Counted from the first letter of the stretch, positions 37,638-51,650 are shown. The stretch is 64,000 nucleotides of DNA from Antedon mediterranea (GCF_964355755.1 NC_092676.1:10145888-10209887); one strand, 5' to 3'. Translations and numbers: made by a program. Notes: generated from the letters alone by a model not told the origin.

Positions 37638-40600
37638 GATTGCGAAGGCGCTCTATAAAAATGATGGACTACAAAAAATTAGGCCAGTGGCTAGAGTATT
37701 TTAATAATGCATTTTAAAAGTCTAGGCCTAAATATTCTCTAGCCTAATTATTTACACACTGTCACTAGACACCCGGGCTTGATGGGCGGAAGATTGACTA
37801 ACCCAGAGCAGTTTTAACTAGACATTGTAGGCCGGACTAGTGAAATATCGAGCCCTGATGCACCATTTTTTATCTGACCGACAATCTTCTGTCCGATAAA
37901 CAATTATTGCTATTATAGTGACACACATCAAATGACTGCGTGCGCTGCATGCTTGATTGGCATTTCACTTTACAATTAATCTCTCGAACATAGCAGAGTG
38001 AAAATAATATTTCGTCACATCCCTGTGCCTCGATCCTGTAGACCTGAGTTGAGAGATGGAAAAGCCCTGTACTATTTTAGCAGGTAGCGGGACGATTCTG
38101 GCCTGAGACGATTATGACTGTGGTTTCAGCACTCACAGACTTCTATCTGAGCGGCGTGCCAAAGACATTTTTGACATTCCATTTTCTAGAAAATCATCAA
38201 ATGTACCTCTCTCTCGAAAAAATGTGAAAAGTGATGGCAAGGACAAGTTCAATAACTAGCGGTGAATAAAAAGGTAACTGATATGCCAATCAAATAACAT
38301 GCTGCAAAGAATAAAATTGCGAGTAAATTCTGGACAAGTTACGTGATGACCCAATCGTCCGACAATCGTCATACAATACCCTAATAGTGCCTTTAATATT
38401 AGAACAATGAACAATCTTACTTTGATCGTTTTACATAATATAATTTTTTAGGAAAACATCACATTGACTGGAAACAAAGGTTTTCAGAGCCTTTGATAAT
38501 ATATTAAATATGATTTTATTAAGCATAGAAATGTGTTATTTCAGTACATAAATATGCAAAATAATGTTCAATACTCATTGTTCATTAAAGGCACTATGTG
38601 CGTGCGATATTCTATGACTTAGACACTCTTGTTTGGTTTAAGTTTTTGTGGCTAAACTCATCGTTTTTAACATAAATTCGGACGATTTTTGCTTTAAAAT
38701 AAGGTTTTCATAATTAATTAACAATTATCTACTCTCGATTGGTAGTTATTGCAACATTCTTAGTCTCGTTTTTGTTTCGGTTAGATGTTTAGTAGGACCG
38801 CGCTCGCAAAAGACAACAGTACCGTAGTTCAGGTGGGAAAGGGCCGTATGAGGAATTAGGCTAGATAATAATTATAGACCTGGAGACAACATTTTATTAT
38901 TTTAACATGCTTGAGATGTTCGGCGATATCACACACGTGTACAGACGTCGATGTAAAGAAACAGCCAACTTACTACTTCCGTCTGAGTGTATTGCATTTT
39001 GGGTAATGATGACGTTTTGTTCGACGACCACCCACAGATTTAACTGGTTATTTTGGAGCACAAATTGAGCAGTAACGCGGTCTTGTTATTTTTATCTATT
39101 TTTAATCTATTCTACAATAACTGAATAACAAAATAATTTGCGTTATGCAGCAGAAACAGACCCACAGTAATTTAAATAATCGCATGGCCACATCCATCCT
39201 ATCAATAATTGATTAATGCCAATTGGAATTGGTGCACATGTACTAACTTTACTTTACTCGCACTTTATTGAAAACCATGTCCAGCGATTTCAATTTACTG
39301 TAGATGCAAAAATACAGTAGCGCCACACTGTAAGTAATGCAACTTTATCAAAGAAGCGACATGGATGATCAGACCCAATTCATGGTAGCAGGACGATTTG
39401 ACCCCTATACTTACGGACCAGGCAAAATTCATAAGAATATTACAAAATGTTTTAGAATTCTTAGATTCATTATTCTCTGACTCAGGCCTAGTCTATCAAT
39501 GGCACTTTAATCCCTGCATTAGTGATGTATAAATTTGCCCATCCCCCTCGCTCCTTTGGCGTTACCACTGACCAGGGAGTTGTAAAATAATTATTATTTT
39601 ACAACTCCCTGTACTGACCACCCACTTGAAAAATCGTTCCCACGCCACTGGTTTTATTCTGTAGTAGGTGCAATATGACGTTATCGATAAACCTGTTGGT
39701 TGATGAGCTAAGTAACTGATTACAGTCAACATCAGGTAGTAATTACAAACCATTAGGCTTACTGTAGTTTTTTAGTTGTTGTCATGATGAAATACAGTAC
39801 AGTACATTCTTTTTCACCTATTGTTGGTTGCATAGCATTTTGTCGACCTTACACAAACAGTGTTGGTCTCTATTTAAACAGAAACCTGTTTCATTGATCT
39901 TAAATCTAAGCTTTTAGTTTAAGTAGGATCTTATGAGATTTGAGATAATTGATGATTAAATGTCATGGTGGGTAGTACACTGTATCATCTCTTTTAGATG
40001 GTTTATACTTATTAGTGTCACACAATTAGGTGAAACAATGCAATCCCTATGGCCTTTCCTTCAGAGAACATATTGTCATAACTGCAAGTATGGAATTACT
40101 GTACAACTTTTTTTTTTATTGAAAAGACTTATTATATTGTACAGTGCTGTATATATTGTTTCTTTCATTCTTAAAAACAAATAATAAATTTTTAAAAAAA
40201 CGTTATTTTATGCATTTAATGTTACATTATTGAAATGATGAACAGATTAGAGAAATAAAGTAATAATGATAATAATTAAATAAATAATATTTTTTAAGGC
40301 GCACTTCCAAAAAAGAATAGGGCGCCATACAGTATACCATTATTATTTTTATCAATATAATAAGATGATAAATCATTAAAAATGACATTTGACTTTTTTA
40401 AGCATTAAAAACTTGAAAATTAAAACTACAAATTTTCAAATATACTGTATTGTATACAGTATCAGTATGGTTTGTTTTCCTACAAAAGGTATCAAATGTT
40501 TAGTGTTGGTTGTTATGTAATTAAACAGTTCAAAGATCTTCATTATTTAGCATCTGTAGAGCAAGTACATATTACACATCAACTTGTTGTCATAAGATAT

Positions 40601-43600
40601 GACTTTCTTTGTTGACTGAGTGCAATGAAGCAGAAGGTATATTCTAGGTGACCTGTGTGAAATCTATGTGGCATCAATAAAAGAACAATTCAAATTGTAT
40701 TAATATTACTTCATAATTGTTATTGCTCTTTGCCCTATTGTTTGTCATTACTTATAGACTGTTAAACATTAAATCGATGTATATTGTATCTATAAATTAT
40801 GGTTAATTCTGACATACTGTAGGCGAGTACAATGGAAAAACTTTGGTACTAATCTCCGCCTTGGATACCTATTTAACTATCTCAGATGTACCGCGAAACG
40901 TAGATTTGATAACATTAGTTTCCACTATTACGATATTGTTCCATATTTCTATCTTAGGAAGATATTATAAAGGATTTTATAAGAAAATTTCTGATTTCAA
41001 TCGAAAAATTTGGTTGGTTGTTTATTTTCGGACCGCGCGTGTGAAGGTATAGTAGTACATAATGATCAAATTAATATTCATAAAACATTGGAGTAAATTT
41101 GGGAAATATTTATATAAACTTACATCGAGAGAACTGATGATAAGAGCTTTTATTTGAAATCGAATGAAACCCCTATAGCCGAGTTGTTGAGTGAGCTGCC
41201 AGGACTTTATGTATACTGTGCGCTATCTGTGTCCCATTAGGACTCTGGGATACTTCTGCCCATGTTGCAAGCCGTCTAAAACGTCTTCGTTCTTAGGCCA
41301 AAACTGCTCAATGTGTTAATGTATTAATTATACCAATTAGAATGGTATTTATTTGAATAAACGCCCAGAACACTTCCTCAATAAAACATCAATTAAAATA
41401 ATTATTGCCACATCTCCCCCCCCCCCCCTCATCCAAATACCATCTAATAAACGCCCATCCACATTTATACACACAATATTGTATTATATTTATAACACAA
41501 TTATGCTATTTTTAGTAGATTTCATCGGATTGTTATGTACAATTTACCAAGCATTTGTTATTCTTTTTTACCACTTTTCATATCTACAATACTGTACGTA
41601 AAACGCTATTAATCATCTAAGACACTTAGAAAAAAGGTTAGTGAGTAGGTTTAGTTTTACAATATCAAAAGCATTTTGATAATGGTAACCGACCGAAATT
41701 GTCCAGGCCAGAATTTCCTTCTAAAACATTTTTTACCTGAGTCATTATCATTCCGAAAACCATCGTCTACACTTCCTAGACTCGCTCTCCCTCTAGTTTA
41801 ATTAATAAACAACGGCATCAAAAAGCCAATGTTTTGCTACCTGAGCAAACAAACAATGTTATTATTAAATAAGCGCGACACTAACTGACAGTCAATTAAG
41901 TGATGCACTTGATTTCTAATCCGTCATTTTGATAATCAAAAGAGAACGGTTTAATGTTATAAATTGTAAATTGTTATGAATTGTAAATTGTATCAGCCTG
42001 GCCCTAGTATGCTGTGGGCTAGAGCGATACAGTATACTGGGTTTGATTTTTCTTAAAATAATATTTGATGTCATAGACCTTTAAAGCTTTTTTTTAAAGC
42101 TAATTTTAATTTGAAATTTAATGCGCTCACTGTCAAGTGGCGCATTGTGACCGTAAAAATTGTGGTGAGTAAAACTGACTTAGCCCTTGTATGTAGTACT
42201 CAATAACGATGATGAGAAGTAAAATAGGGAAAAAATCCAATGACGTCCACGTTGTTGAATTCCCTCACTGTAACAATGATGCCAGCCAGTTGGCTGATTG
42301 ATCAGTAAAATTTTATTTATACTTCAAAAATATGCATGCATGATTTTTATTTACAATCATGACTCAGCTGATGCTGTTTCAATAGCCTAAATTATTATAA
42401 CAACTTATCTATTCCATCTCGAAAAAGGTAAAAGATTATTGAATTATAGACCAATCAAATTATAAATTTCTCTGGCAACATCAATACAATTTTCTCTCAT
42501 ATAAAAATAAAATTCCAAGCAATAATTCCTATTACTGTACATCTGCCAAATAAGTTTAGTTTAGATGCCATGCTTATTTTTTTTAATGGTCGATATAGCA
42601 GTGGAAAAAAAATTAAAATGAAAATTAAACCTAGAGGGTGCTTTATTTTGCGAAATTTTAAATAGAGGGCATTTTTATCCATTTCTTAAAACATAGTGCC
42701 AACATTTCATTTTGTTTGTTGTTGCTAAAGTGGTAACTGAAAGCATTGGCAGGTGTCTCGCTAACCTTTGTTTTTTAAAGTTTGATTTCACGCTAACCTG
42801 GTGATTAAATTAAAATAATTATTAATTTGTAGTAACTGTAGAGATGCACAGCAAATATCACTTAGCTATAAAATATTCTGCTACTTTAGATAATTGTCAA
42901 AGCATTATATGTAGTAGATGCCTGAAAAATGTGTGTATGAATCTTGATAGTGAGAATATTTTGTGGGTTGAAAAATTGACTGAGTTGAAAATAGAGCAAT
43001 AAATTTGTCATCAAAACGAATCTTAAGACAGCTCTTTGCAAATCAGAGGGAGATATTGAAGTTGACGCATTGTATGCATGTACGCACGTGTATCATAATT
43101 AGTATTATTTTTATTGTTATATTATTACATCGGTGACAGTACAGTATTTCAGTTATAATGTATTATTTATTTATCTGTAATAATAGGTCTTCAGTATCAT
43201 TTAACCACGTCACCATTACTAGTTACAATCGAAATAACAATTAATAAAATAAAAGAAACGATCTTATTTTTCTCTATTCATTTATTTTTAAACAACAAGA
43301 AACATCACAATTTTTGTGTGTATAATTTGATTTTGAAACATCTATGCGTCTGTGTTTGCGCTGCTGTGTGCTCGGTTGTTCTCCATACTCCTCCAGACGT
43401 CGCCTTACAGTACGCTGTACTATGCTATACAATCTTTACATACATTACATGTTCGTTGTATCATACGGGGTGGTACGTACGACGTGTGAGATTATATTAA
43501 CTTGTAATATTAACTTTCGTGGGAAGATAGATTTTAATTTAATACAATACTGAATTTTATAGAAATATGTGAAATCGGGAGATATATTTAAAATTTGGGA

Positions 43601-43835
43601 GACCGGGAGGTGATGTTAAAATTTGGGAGACTCCCGGATAAATCGGGAGGGTTGGAACGTCTGTTCAGGTGTAATAGTTTTTTTTAACTAAATAAATAAT
43701 GTAACAGTATTCAAAGCTCTGTTTATGAAAAAATTCATAGCATTTTAGTTATTTACTATTTATTTATTCTTAAAAAATACTGATAAGACTGTTCATGGTC
43801 TACAAATTGTTAAATTTAATTATAACACTGTTTTA

Positions 43836-44472
43836 TATTCATATTCATATTCATTTATTATCCAGAAAAAATAATACAAAAACAATACAAAAAGCATTAT
43901 TACATAGAACAACAACAAGCAGAGAAAAAGCGCAGAACACTATCCTGGCGGATTGTCAAAAAGCAAAAAATATCGCTATAATTGATAAAAGACTCTCCTG
44001 ATAGTGCTGGTGGCAAAATAACATTAACAAGGATAAACATTTAACAACCCGGTAACATAGAATTTATATAAAACAGAATAAAAATTGCAATCATTATAAA
44101 TAAACATGTCTGTTATATATACCGGAATCTCATCCCACATCCGTGGAAATGAAATAAAAACAGAATAAAAAAAAGCATTAGTACGAGACTTCTCATGTCT
44201 GAAAACAAGTTTCTCACTTCTACGTTCAAAGCACCATCAATTAGGAAATCTGTACAGAGGCACTTCACAACAAATTTAACACGGATGAATTTAAGTCTAT
44301 TATAAATCGTGGGTAATTTTAGAGTCCGTAACCTTTGTTCGTATGACGGCCGCATGTCATAATCCATGTGAAAAAAACGTGGGAAGCATGATCGTGTAAA
44401 GCGTCTCTGAACAGATTCAATCTGATTGATGGTGCTTTGCAGAAATGGAAACCAGACAGGTGAAGCGTAGGT
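43836..44472 (-). mobile_element. 5'-truncated LINE 3' end (CR1/L2-like ORF2 C-terminus)
   Basis: The minus strand reads YASPVWFPFLQSTINQIESVQRRFTR...SYEQRLRTLKLPTI..R, followed by a (TGAATA)n-type tail at 43836-43855. Confidence 0.85.
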
Positions 44473-44978
44473 CTATGAAAGTCATAAGTACAAAGTGCAA
44501 ACTATCTAGAAATTATGGCCCTACTTCAGTTTTATTAATTTGTATTCTATACTCATAAAAAAATACACATAATAATTTGTGTTGCCATGGTGATACTGTA
44601 GTTTAACGCCTCTTCTTTTTTTGGAACTTAAATATTTTTTTGAATTTCTTTCTTTTGTTATTTCATAATAACCATGTAGTATACAAATTTAAAATATCTG
44701 TGAATATAAGTGAAAGTAATGTTTATTATGTTTTATTATAAATAACAATGTTGCTGCTGCTGAGCATACTGTATGTTGTAATACCTAATATAAGATATTA
44801 TATAATATTAAAATAAACATAAAACATATAAAATTGTATTGAGACATGATAATAAGTATGCATACTGTACTGTACTCAAATTATTATATCATTTCTACAA
44901 TATTCATAATTCTTCTTTTAAAATGTCATGAACTTTGGCATTCTACAATTAATTAAGAATGTGACCTTTCCTTTGTAG

Positions 44979-45095
44979 CTATTAAGAGGTTTGCATACAC
45001 TGGACCCTCTTCAAAAAAATATGATGAAGAAGCCACAGGTTTTGTGAATACACCAGTCTTTGGCTTCAATCAAGCACATCAAATGAAGAAGTCAG
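44979..45095 (+). CDS. Unrecognised Ser-rich protein, internal exon A
   Basis: Polypyrimidine tract + tttgtag acceptor; CAG|gtaat donor; 117 nt, phase 1-1, open frame IKRFAYTGPSSKKYDEEATGFVNTPVFGFNQAHQMKKS. Confidence 0.65.
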
Positions 45096-46041
45096 GTAAT
45101 CTGATTAGTGATAATTGATCTAAAGTCTCAAGAAAGAAACATTGTTTATCGGCCTACTGTATTTTTTGAATGATTTTTTTTTAAATACTAAATTATAGTA
45201 ATAATTAAATGTTTATTTATTCACAAAAAGAACATCCTGTTTATCAAACGTTGTTGAGTGAGTGTAAAAGTTATAGAATTCTCAACTTGCTATAATTATT
45301 TTTTTTTAAGTTAAAAAAATAAAAAAATATATATAAATCTATACAATTTCATCTATCTAATCTAAACTAGACTAGTTATAAATTAAAACAAATAACATTT
45401 TTTTCTTTTTTGAATACGCCATTTTAATTTCACTTTAGTTATTTACTTTTACCTGAAAAAAAAAATAAAATTGGCTGCCATCTTTATTAAAATGTCTGAT
45501 TTTATTAATTTTAAGTTTTCATGTTTTTGGTGGGAACATCATTAACAATAACAGTTCGGTCAATTGTTTAAAAAAACTCATTACATGTAGCTGTCAGTTA
45601 CAGTATTAATGAATTAGGAAACCTAATAGAATGACATGACATACAGTAGTATGACATTGTATATAATATGTTGAGTTATGTAAGAATAGTTTATACACTT
45701 AGTATTAGTAGTACATATTATTTTAAGTGTATGCTCTAAAATAAAAAAAAAATTACATTGTAGGCCTAATTCTTTTTAATTGCTTAAATCATAATTATTC
45801 TTTGGTGAAATAAAAGTTCATCAATTATACTCACTGCATGTTTTGATAATTAATCAATCAAATTATTAAGATATAACTCCAAACTGGTATTTGAGTAACT
45901 TTATATTTTTTGTCAAAACCATATAAGTATTATTATTTGTTCAAACACTTTGAAAATTTACAAGAAAAAATTTATCCTGTGCATTTTCAAAATATTTGAA
46001 AACTTGCATTATAATAATGTTTTGAGAAATTGTTTTTTTAG

Positions 46042-46209
46042 ATCCATGGAAAGATAAAAATTCTTCATCATTATTTGACATGGCCTTACCGACAAGTCCA
46101 CGTACAGCCACCACAGGTTTCTACTCGCGTTATTCAAGTTACAAAGGTGGAAAAACGGATGGAGATCTTCAGAAAAAATCATCACCTTCCAACAGTCAAG
46201 AATTCACAG
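46042..46209 (+). CDS. Unrecognised Ser-rich protein, exon B
   Basis: ttttag / CAG|gtgaa; 168 nt, phase 1-1; DPWKDKNSSSLFDMALPTSPRTATTGFYSRYSSYKGGK... Confidence 0.72.
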
Positions 46210-46558
46210 GTGAAAATATAGTACAATATTGAAAATGATTGTTTTTATGATTATTTTTTTGTATTCAATATTCAGAAGACATAAAGTGTGACAATCTTGG
46301 CTAATTTTTTGTTAATTAGCCCAATGTTTTTTACAAACACAACAGAAACGCACAGTTTTATTCACATTTTTTAAAACCCAATCTAAACTCCAATGGCCGT
46401 ATTAAACATTCTAGTCTAAGAGAAACACCAGTACTTATAATTTAAAAATTCTTCTATCTAATAAGTAACATTAAAGGTGAAAAACTTTAAAATAGCTACT
46501 GTTACCACTTCTTATGACATTCTCTCTGTATTGACTGTTTGTTAATTATCATTTTCAG

Positions 46559-46693
46559 GAAGTAGCGGGATATCATGGAATCAGTCTCGTGCGGGATACT
46601 CCTATTCCCATCATGACCCTAAGCCAACCACTGACCTGGAAACCAAACGAAACTTTCAAACGCTAAATCAATTATCAATAACTAAAAAAGAAG
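46559..46693 (+). CDS. Unrecognised Ser-rich protein, exon C
   Basis: tttcag / AAG|gtttg; 135 nt, phase 1-1; GSSGISWNQSRAGYSYSHHDPKPTTDLETKRNFQTLNQLSITKKE. Confidence 0.72.
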
Positions 46694-46986
46694 GTTTGTC
46701 TAATTCTCTTATCTTATAATGTCAAGTGTGATTTTTCTGGGATTATTATATGGGATAATAATTATAATTTGTAACAATTCTGGACATAATCTAAAATTGA
46801 AGCTATGGTATGAGTATTTGGTTTACAATAATATATAAATATTAAGTTTTTCAGTAAATTTCTCCATTGAACTGAAATAGTTCCAAAGTCATGTGTAATA
46901 ATCATTCCTATACAAATAGAAAGATTGATTGATCATAAGTGCAATGTTCAAACTGACAAATTTCTATCTTTGCTGATATAATAGAA

Positions 46987-48540
46987 ACTAGATTTGAACT
47001 CGTCACTTTGACGAGTTCGGGTTACCCGCGCAAACTCAACATGCACAAACTTTAAACTATATGAACTTCGACAATTATTATGAATTAAGTATGTTTACAG
47101 TGCTAAATTGTACCAATTTTGTAGCATACAGCATATTACAGTATTTACAGAATACTCTGTATGTTATATACAGTGTAGCATAGACGGAATTACGAGACCC
47201 AATAATTCAATTATTAACACGATGACGTCATCAAATTGACATATAAAGATAACAATTTTAGAAGATAATTATCTAAATAATTACATTAATTCAAATTTAA
47301 AGAATTTTGGGCACATAAAAGAGAGATGCGCTCTCGTTAAACTCAATGAACTTGACGCAAGAGATGAAAATATGACTTTTTGAATTCAACTGGCCATATG
47401 ATGACGTCACAACATCTGATTGGCAAAATATTAACATGAATTCGTATCTATAATCCAATAGCTTCCAGAAAACGTTTCAATCATAATTATCACTTTTTAT
47501 TCTGACGAGCTATAATAGATTGAAATTTACTGTAAAGATGAAAATAGGGGACCCACGTTATTTACATTTTTAGGCATGATGACGTCTTAAAATTAAAAAT
47601 ATTTTTAACTCATGCGAAAGATAGTTGATTGGCCTAGACAGTATTAAAATATCGGGGGAAATAGAATACGTATAAGCGAGATGCGCTCTATTTAATGTGA
47701 TGAGCAATAACGAAAGAGTAAAAAATTCTATATTTTACATTCGTGTGGCCATACGATGACGTCATAACATCCGAGGGGTAATGATTCTGCATGAATTCAT
47801 ATCTACAACATATCTGCTTACATATTAAATTAAAAAAATTGGGGGGTCATTGATGATCCTGAGGAGCTATAATAGATTCAAAATACTTAGGCATAATTTT
47901 GACAATATTTTGTCACTTTTGCAACTAAAACGCACGCAAATGGTCTAAATCAACGTGTTCGTATGACGTCATTTTAATTAGAAATGATGTCAATCTTTTT
48001 AGAATGACTAGGAAAGGCTGTAAAATCATAATTCAAGAGAAAAAAACATGAATTTCATGCTTCGTGCGCACCTTACGCGTAAATTTTTTCGCGCGCGTTG
48101 GAATTTTTTGACATATTCAAAATTTCATGATCAGTGTAGAAAGTTGATTAGAAATTAATTTTGCGCATTTTGAAATTTTAAATTCGCGTGCGTGCGTAAC
48201 TTCTTGTGAAACATGTCATTTTTAATCAATAGAAAGTTTGCCCTTGATATGACTTAAATTTTTACCAAGTGTCAATACAAAATAAATTTTGGTTTTTGAT
48301 CTATGATCAATCAATGAAATTCATAAAATTGCGCGTAACTTACGCTGCGCGACTCTAAAGTCAAAAAAATGAAATGTCCTGCACTTCTACAGTTAGAGGC
48401 CAATCTTCTGACAAAGTTATACGATGTAATGTTAATAAAAATTTGAGATACACATGACACAAAATTCTGGGAAAGAAAGAAGAATAAGATAGAAAAAAAA
48501 AAGCAACAAGGGGTTATCCTCCAAGTGCGGATAACCAATT
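46987..48540 (-). mobile_element. Helentron/Helitron2-type non-autonomous element, copy 1 (diverged subfamily)
   Basis: One end has CTAG, the hairpin AACTCGTCA-CTT-TGACGAGTT and the subterminal repeat GTTACCCGC; the other end has GTTATCC..GCGGATAAC. The body is homologous to copies 2 and 3. Confidence 0.8.
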
Positions 48541-48563
48541 ACATACATTGATTACATAACATA

Positions 48564-50080
48564 ACTAGACATGAAACTCGTCACTTTGACGAGTTAGTTA
48601 TCCGCTCGACAAACGCCACGTGCATGTCATACGTTAGAATATTGCACACAGAAAAATATTAAGGCATTATGACCTGAATTGAAGAATATGATATGTTGTT
48701 ATTTCTGAATTCTGTTATTTTGTGTCATATACATAGTATACACAGTACAATCTGTATACATATCACAAACAGTGTAAAATAGGTGAAATTACGGGACCCG
48801 TATTTTATTGTAATTTTTAACATCTTGACGGTTTCAAAATGAAATGCAAAAGTAGAAATTTCAGAATGAAATTATCTCAGCAACAACATATTAACGTGTA
48901 GAAGAAATTTGAATACGTGAAATATTGATGCGCGCTCTTTTAAATGCAATGAAATATAACGCAAAAGATGAAAATACGACTTTTTGTATTTAACTGGCCA
49001 TATGATGACGTCACAACATTCGAATGGGACAATTTTTACATGATTTTGTATCTACAATAATACAATAGCTTCCTGAAAACGTTTTAATCGTGATTATCAC
49101 ATTTTATTTTTACGAGCTATAACAGATTAAAATTTACTGTAAAGATGAAATTAATGACCAACGTAATTAAAATTTTTAGGCATGATGACGTTAAAAAAAT
49201 TAAAAAATTTTTAATTCATGCAAAACATAGTTGATAGACCTAGAATATATTAAAATCGGGGTGAAAATGAACAACGAATAAGTGGAGATGCGCTCTATTA
49301 AATGTGATGAGCTATGACGAAAGAGACAAAAATTCTATATTTTATATTCGCGTGGCTATACGATGATGTCACAATGTCCGGTTAGCCATATTAATGCATG
49401 ATTCGATATCTACAACTCATCAACTTCCAGAATATGTAATTAAAAAAAAGTTCTCCACGTAGTTTAGAATCTATGACTGTTTAAAAATAGGCATAATTTT
49501 GACGAATTTTTGAACTTTTTCACCAGAAACGCGTGCAACTTATTTAATTCGACGTGCTCGTATGACGTAATTTTAAGTCGAAATTGTTTAAAAGTTGGTA
49601 ACATTACTATAAAAGGCTGAAAAAACATAAATCACGCGAAAAAAATATGTTTTTAACGCTACGTGTGCACCGCGTGCGTAAAAAGTTTCGCGCGCGTGGG
49701 AATTTTTGACATGCTCAAAATGACATGAAACGCATAGAAAGTTGATTAGACGTTGCTTTTTCGCACTCTAAAATTTTAAACGCGCGTGCGCGCGTAACTT
49801 TTTGTGAATGATGCTATTTTTAATCCATAGAAAGTTTGCGCTTGATGTGACTTAAATTTTCACAAAGTGTCAAAACAAAATTATGTTTGGTTTTTAGTTT
49901 ATGATCAATCATTGAAATTCATAAAATCGCGCGTAATTCACGTTGCGCAACTCTGACGTCATTCAAAAATAGGAGGTGCACAAGTTCACGTAAATGTCGA
50001 TATGTTGACAAAGTTACGATATGTTCTGTTTACACGTTTTAGAGAAACGCGACGCACAAAAATGACAGAAGGAAAGAAGT
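48564..50080 (-). mobile_element. Helentron-type element, copy 2 (lacks the terminal ~70 bp)
   Basis: Starts ACTAGACATGAAACTCGTCACTTTGACGAGTTAGTTATCCGC; near-identical direct repeat of 50081-51577. Confidence 0.88.
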
Positions 50081-51650
50081 ACTAGACATGAAACTCGTCA
50101 CTTTGACGAGTTAGTTATCCGCTCGACAAACGCCACGTGCACGTCATACGTTAGAATATTGCACACAGAAAAATATTAAGGCATTATGACCTGAACTGAA
50201 GAATATGATATGTTGTTATTTCTGAATTCTGTTATTTTGTGTCATATAGTATACACAGTACAATCTGTATACATATCACAAACAGTGTAAAATAGGTGAA
50301 ATTACGGGACCCGTATTTTATTGTAATTTTAACATCTTGACGGTTTCAAAATGAAATGTAAAAGTAGAAATTTCTGAATGAAATTATCTCAGCAACAACG
50401 TATTAATGTGTAGAAAAAATTTGAATACGTGAAATATTGGTGCGCGCTTTAAATGTAATGAAATATAATGCAAAAGATGAAAATACGACTTTTTTTATTT
50501 AACTGGCCATATGATGACGTCACAACATTCAATTGGCACAATTTACACATGATTTTGTATCTACAATAAAATAGCTTCCTGAAAACGTTTTAATTGTGAT
50601 TATCACATTTTATTCTTACGAGGCATAACAGATTAAAATTCACTGTAAAGATGAAATTAATGACTTAAATTTTTAGGCATAATGACGTTAAAAAAATTAA
50701 AAAATTTTTAATTCATGCAAAAGATAGTTGATAGATCTAGAATATATTAAAATCGGAATGAAAATGGACAACGAATAAGTGGAGATGCGCTCTATTAAAT
50801 GTGATGAGCTATGACGAAAGAGACAAAAATCCTATATTTTATATTCGCGTGGCCATACGATGACGTCACAATGTCCGGTTAGCCATATTAATGCATGATC
50901 CGATATCTACAACTCATCAACTTCCAGAATATGTAATTAAAAAAAAGTTCTCCATGTAGTTTAGAATCTATGACTGTTTAAAAATAGGCATAATTTTGAC
51001 GAATTTTTGAACTTTTTCACCAAATACGCGTGCAAATTATCTAATTCGACGTGCTCGTATGACGTAATTTTAAGTCGAAATTGTTTAAAATTTGGTAACA
51101 TTACTAGAAAAGGCTGAAAAAACATAAATCAAGCGAAAAAAATATGTTTTTAACGCTACGTGTGCACCGCGTGCGTAAAAATGTTCGCGCGCGTGGGAAT
51201 TTTTGACATGCTCAAAATGACATGAAACGCATAGAAAGTTGATTAGAAGTTTATATTTCGCACGTTAAAATTTTAAACGCGCGTGCGCGCGTAACTTTTT
51301 GTGAAACATGCTATTTTTAATCCATAGAAAGTTTGCGCTTGATATGACTTAAATTTTCACAAAGTTTCAAAACAAAATTATGTTTGGTTTTTAGTCTATG
51401 ATCAATCATTGAAATTCATAAAATCGCACGTAAGTCACGTTGCGCAACTCTGACGTCATTCAAAAATAGGAGGTGCACAAGTTCACGTAAATGTCGATAT
51501 GTTGACAAAGTTACGATATGTTCTGTCTACACGTTTTAGAGAAACGCGACGCACAAAAATGACAGAAAGAAAGAAGTATAATACAGAAAAAAAATTTGAT
51601 GAAACAGGACGATTACAAGGAGTTATCCGCTACTAAGCGGATAACTAATT
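50081..51650 (-). mobile_element. Helentron-type element, copy 3 (complete ends)
   Basis: Same CTAG, hairpin and subTIR start; ends with the inverted repeat AGTTATCCGC-TACTAA-GCGGATAACT. Confidence 0.88.

Larger units (their letters stand above)
33076..37857. mobile_element. Second CAGGGCTCGAT-family hAT-like element, expanded by nested insertions
   Basis: CAGGGCTCGATTTTT...AATATCGAGCCCTG; ATGCA on both flanks (5 bp); subterminal ACTAG repeats as in 30722-31920. Confidence 0.85.

Noticed and set aside
38586-38600. CACTATG resembling a ProtoRAG/Transib terminus
   Set aside because: It is embedded in TTAA-AGGCAC, which fits a Kolobok-type end better. I found no inward-facing partner TIR with a 5-bp TSD and no RAG-like ORF.
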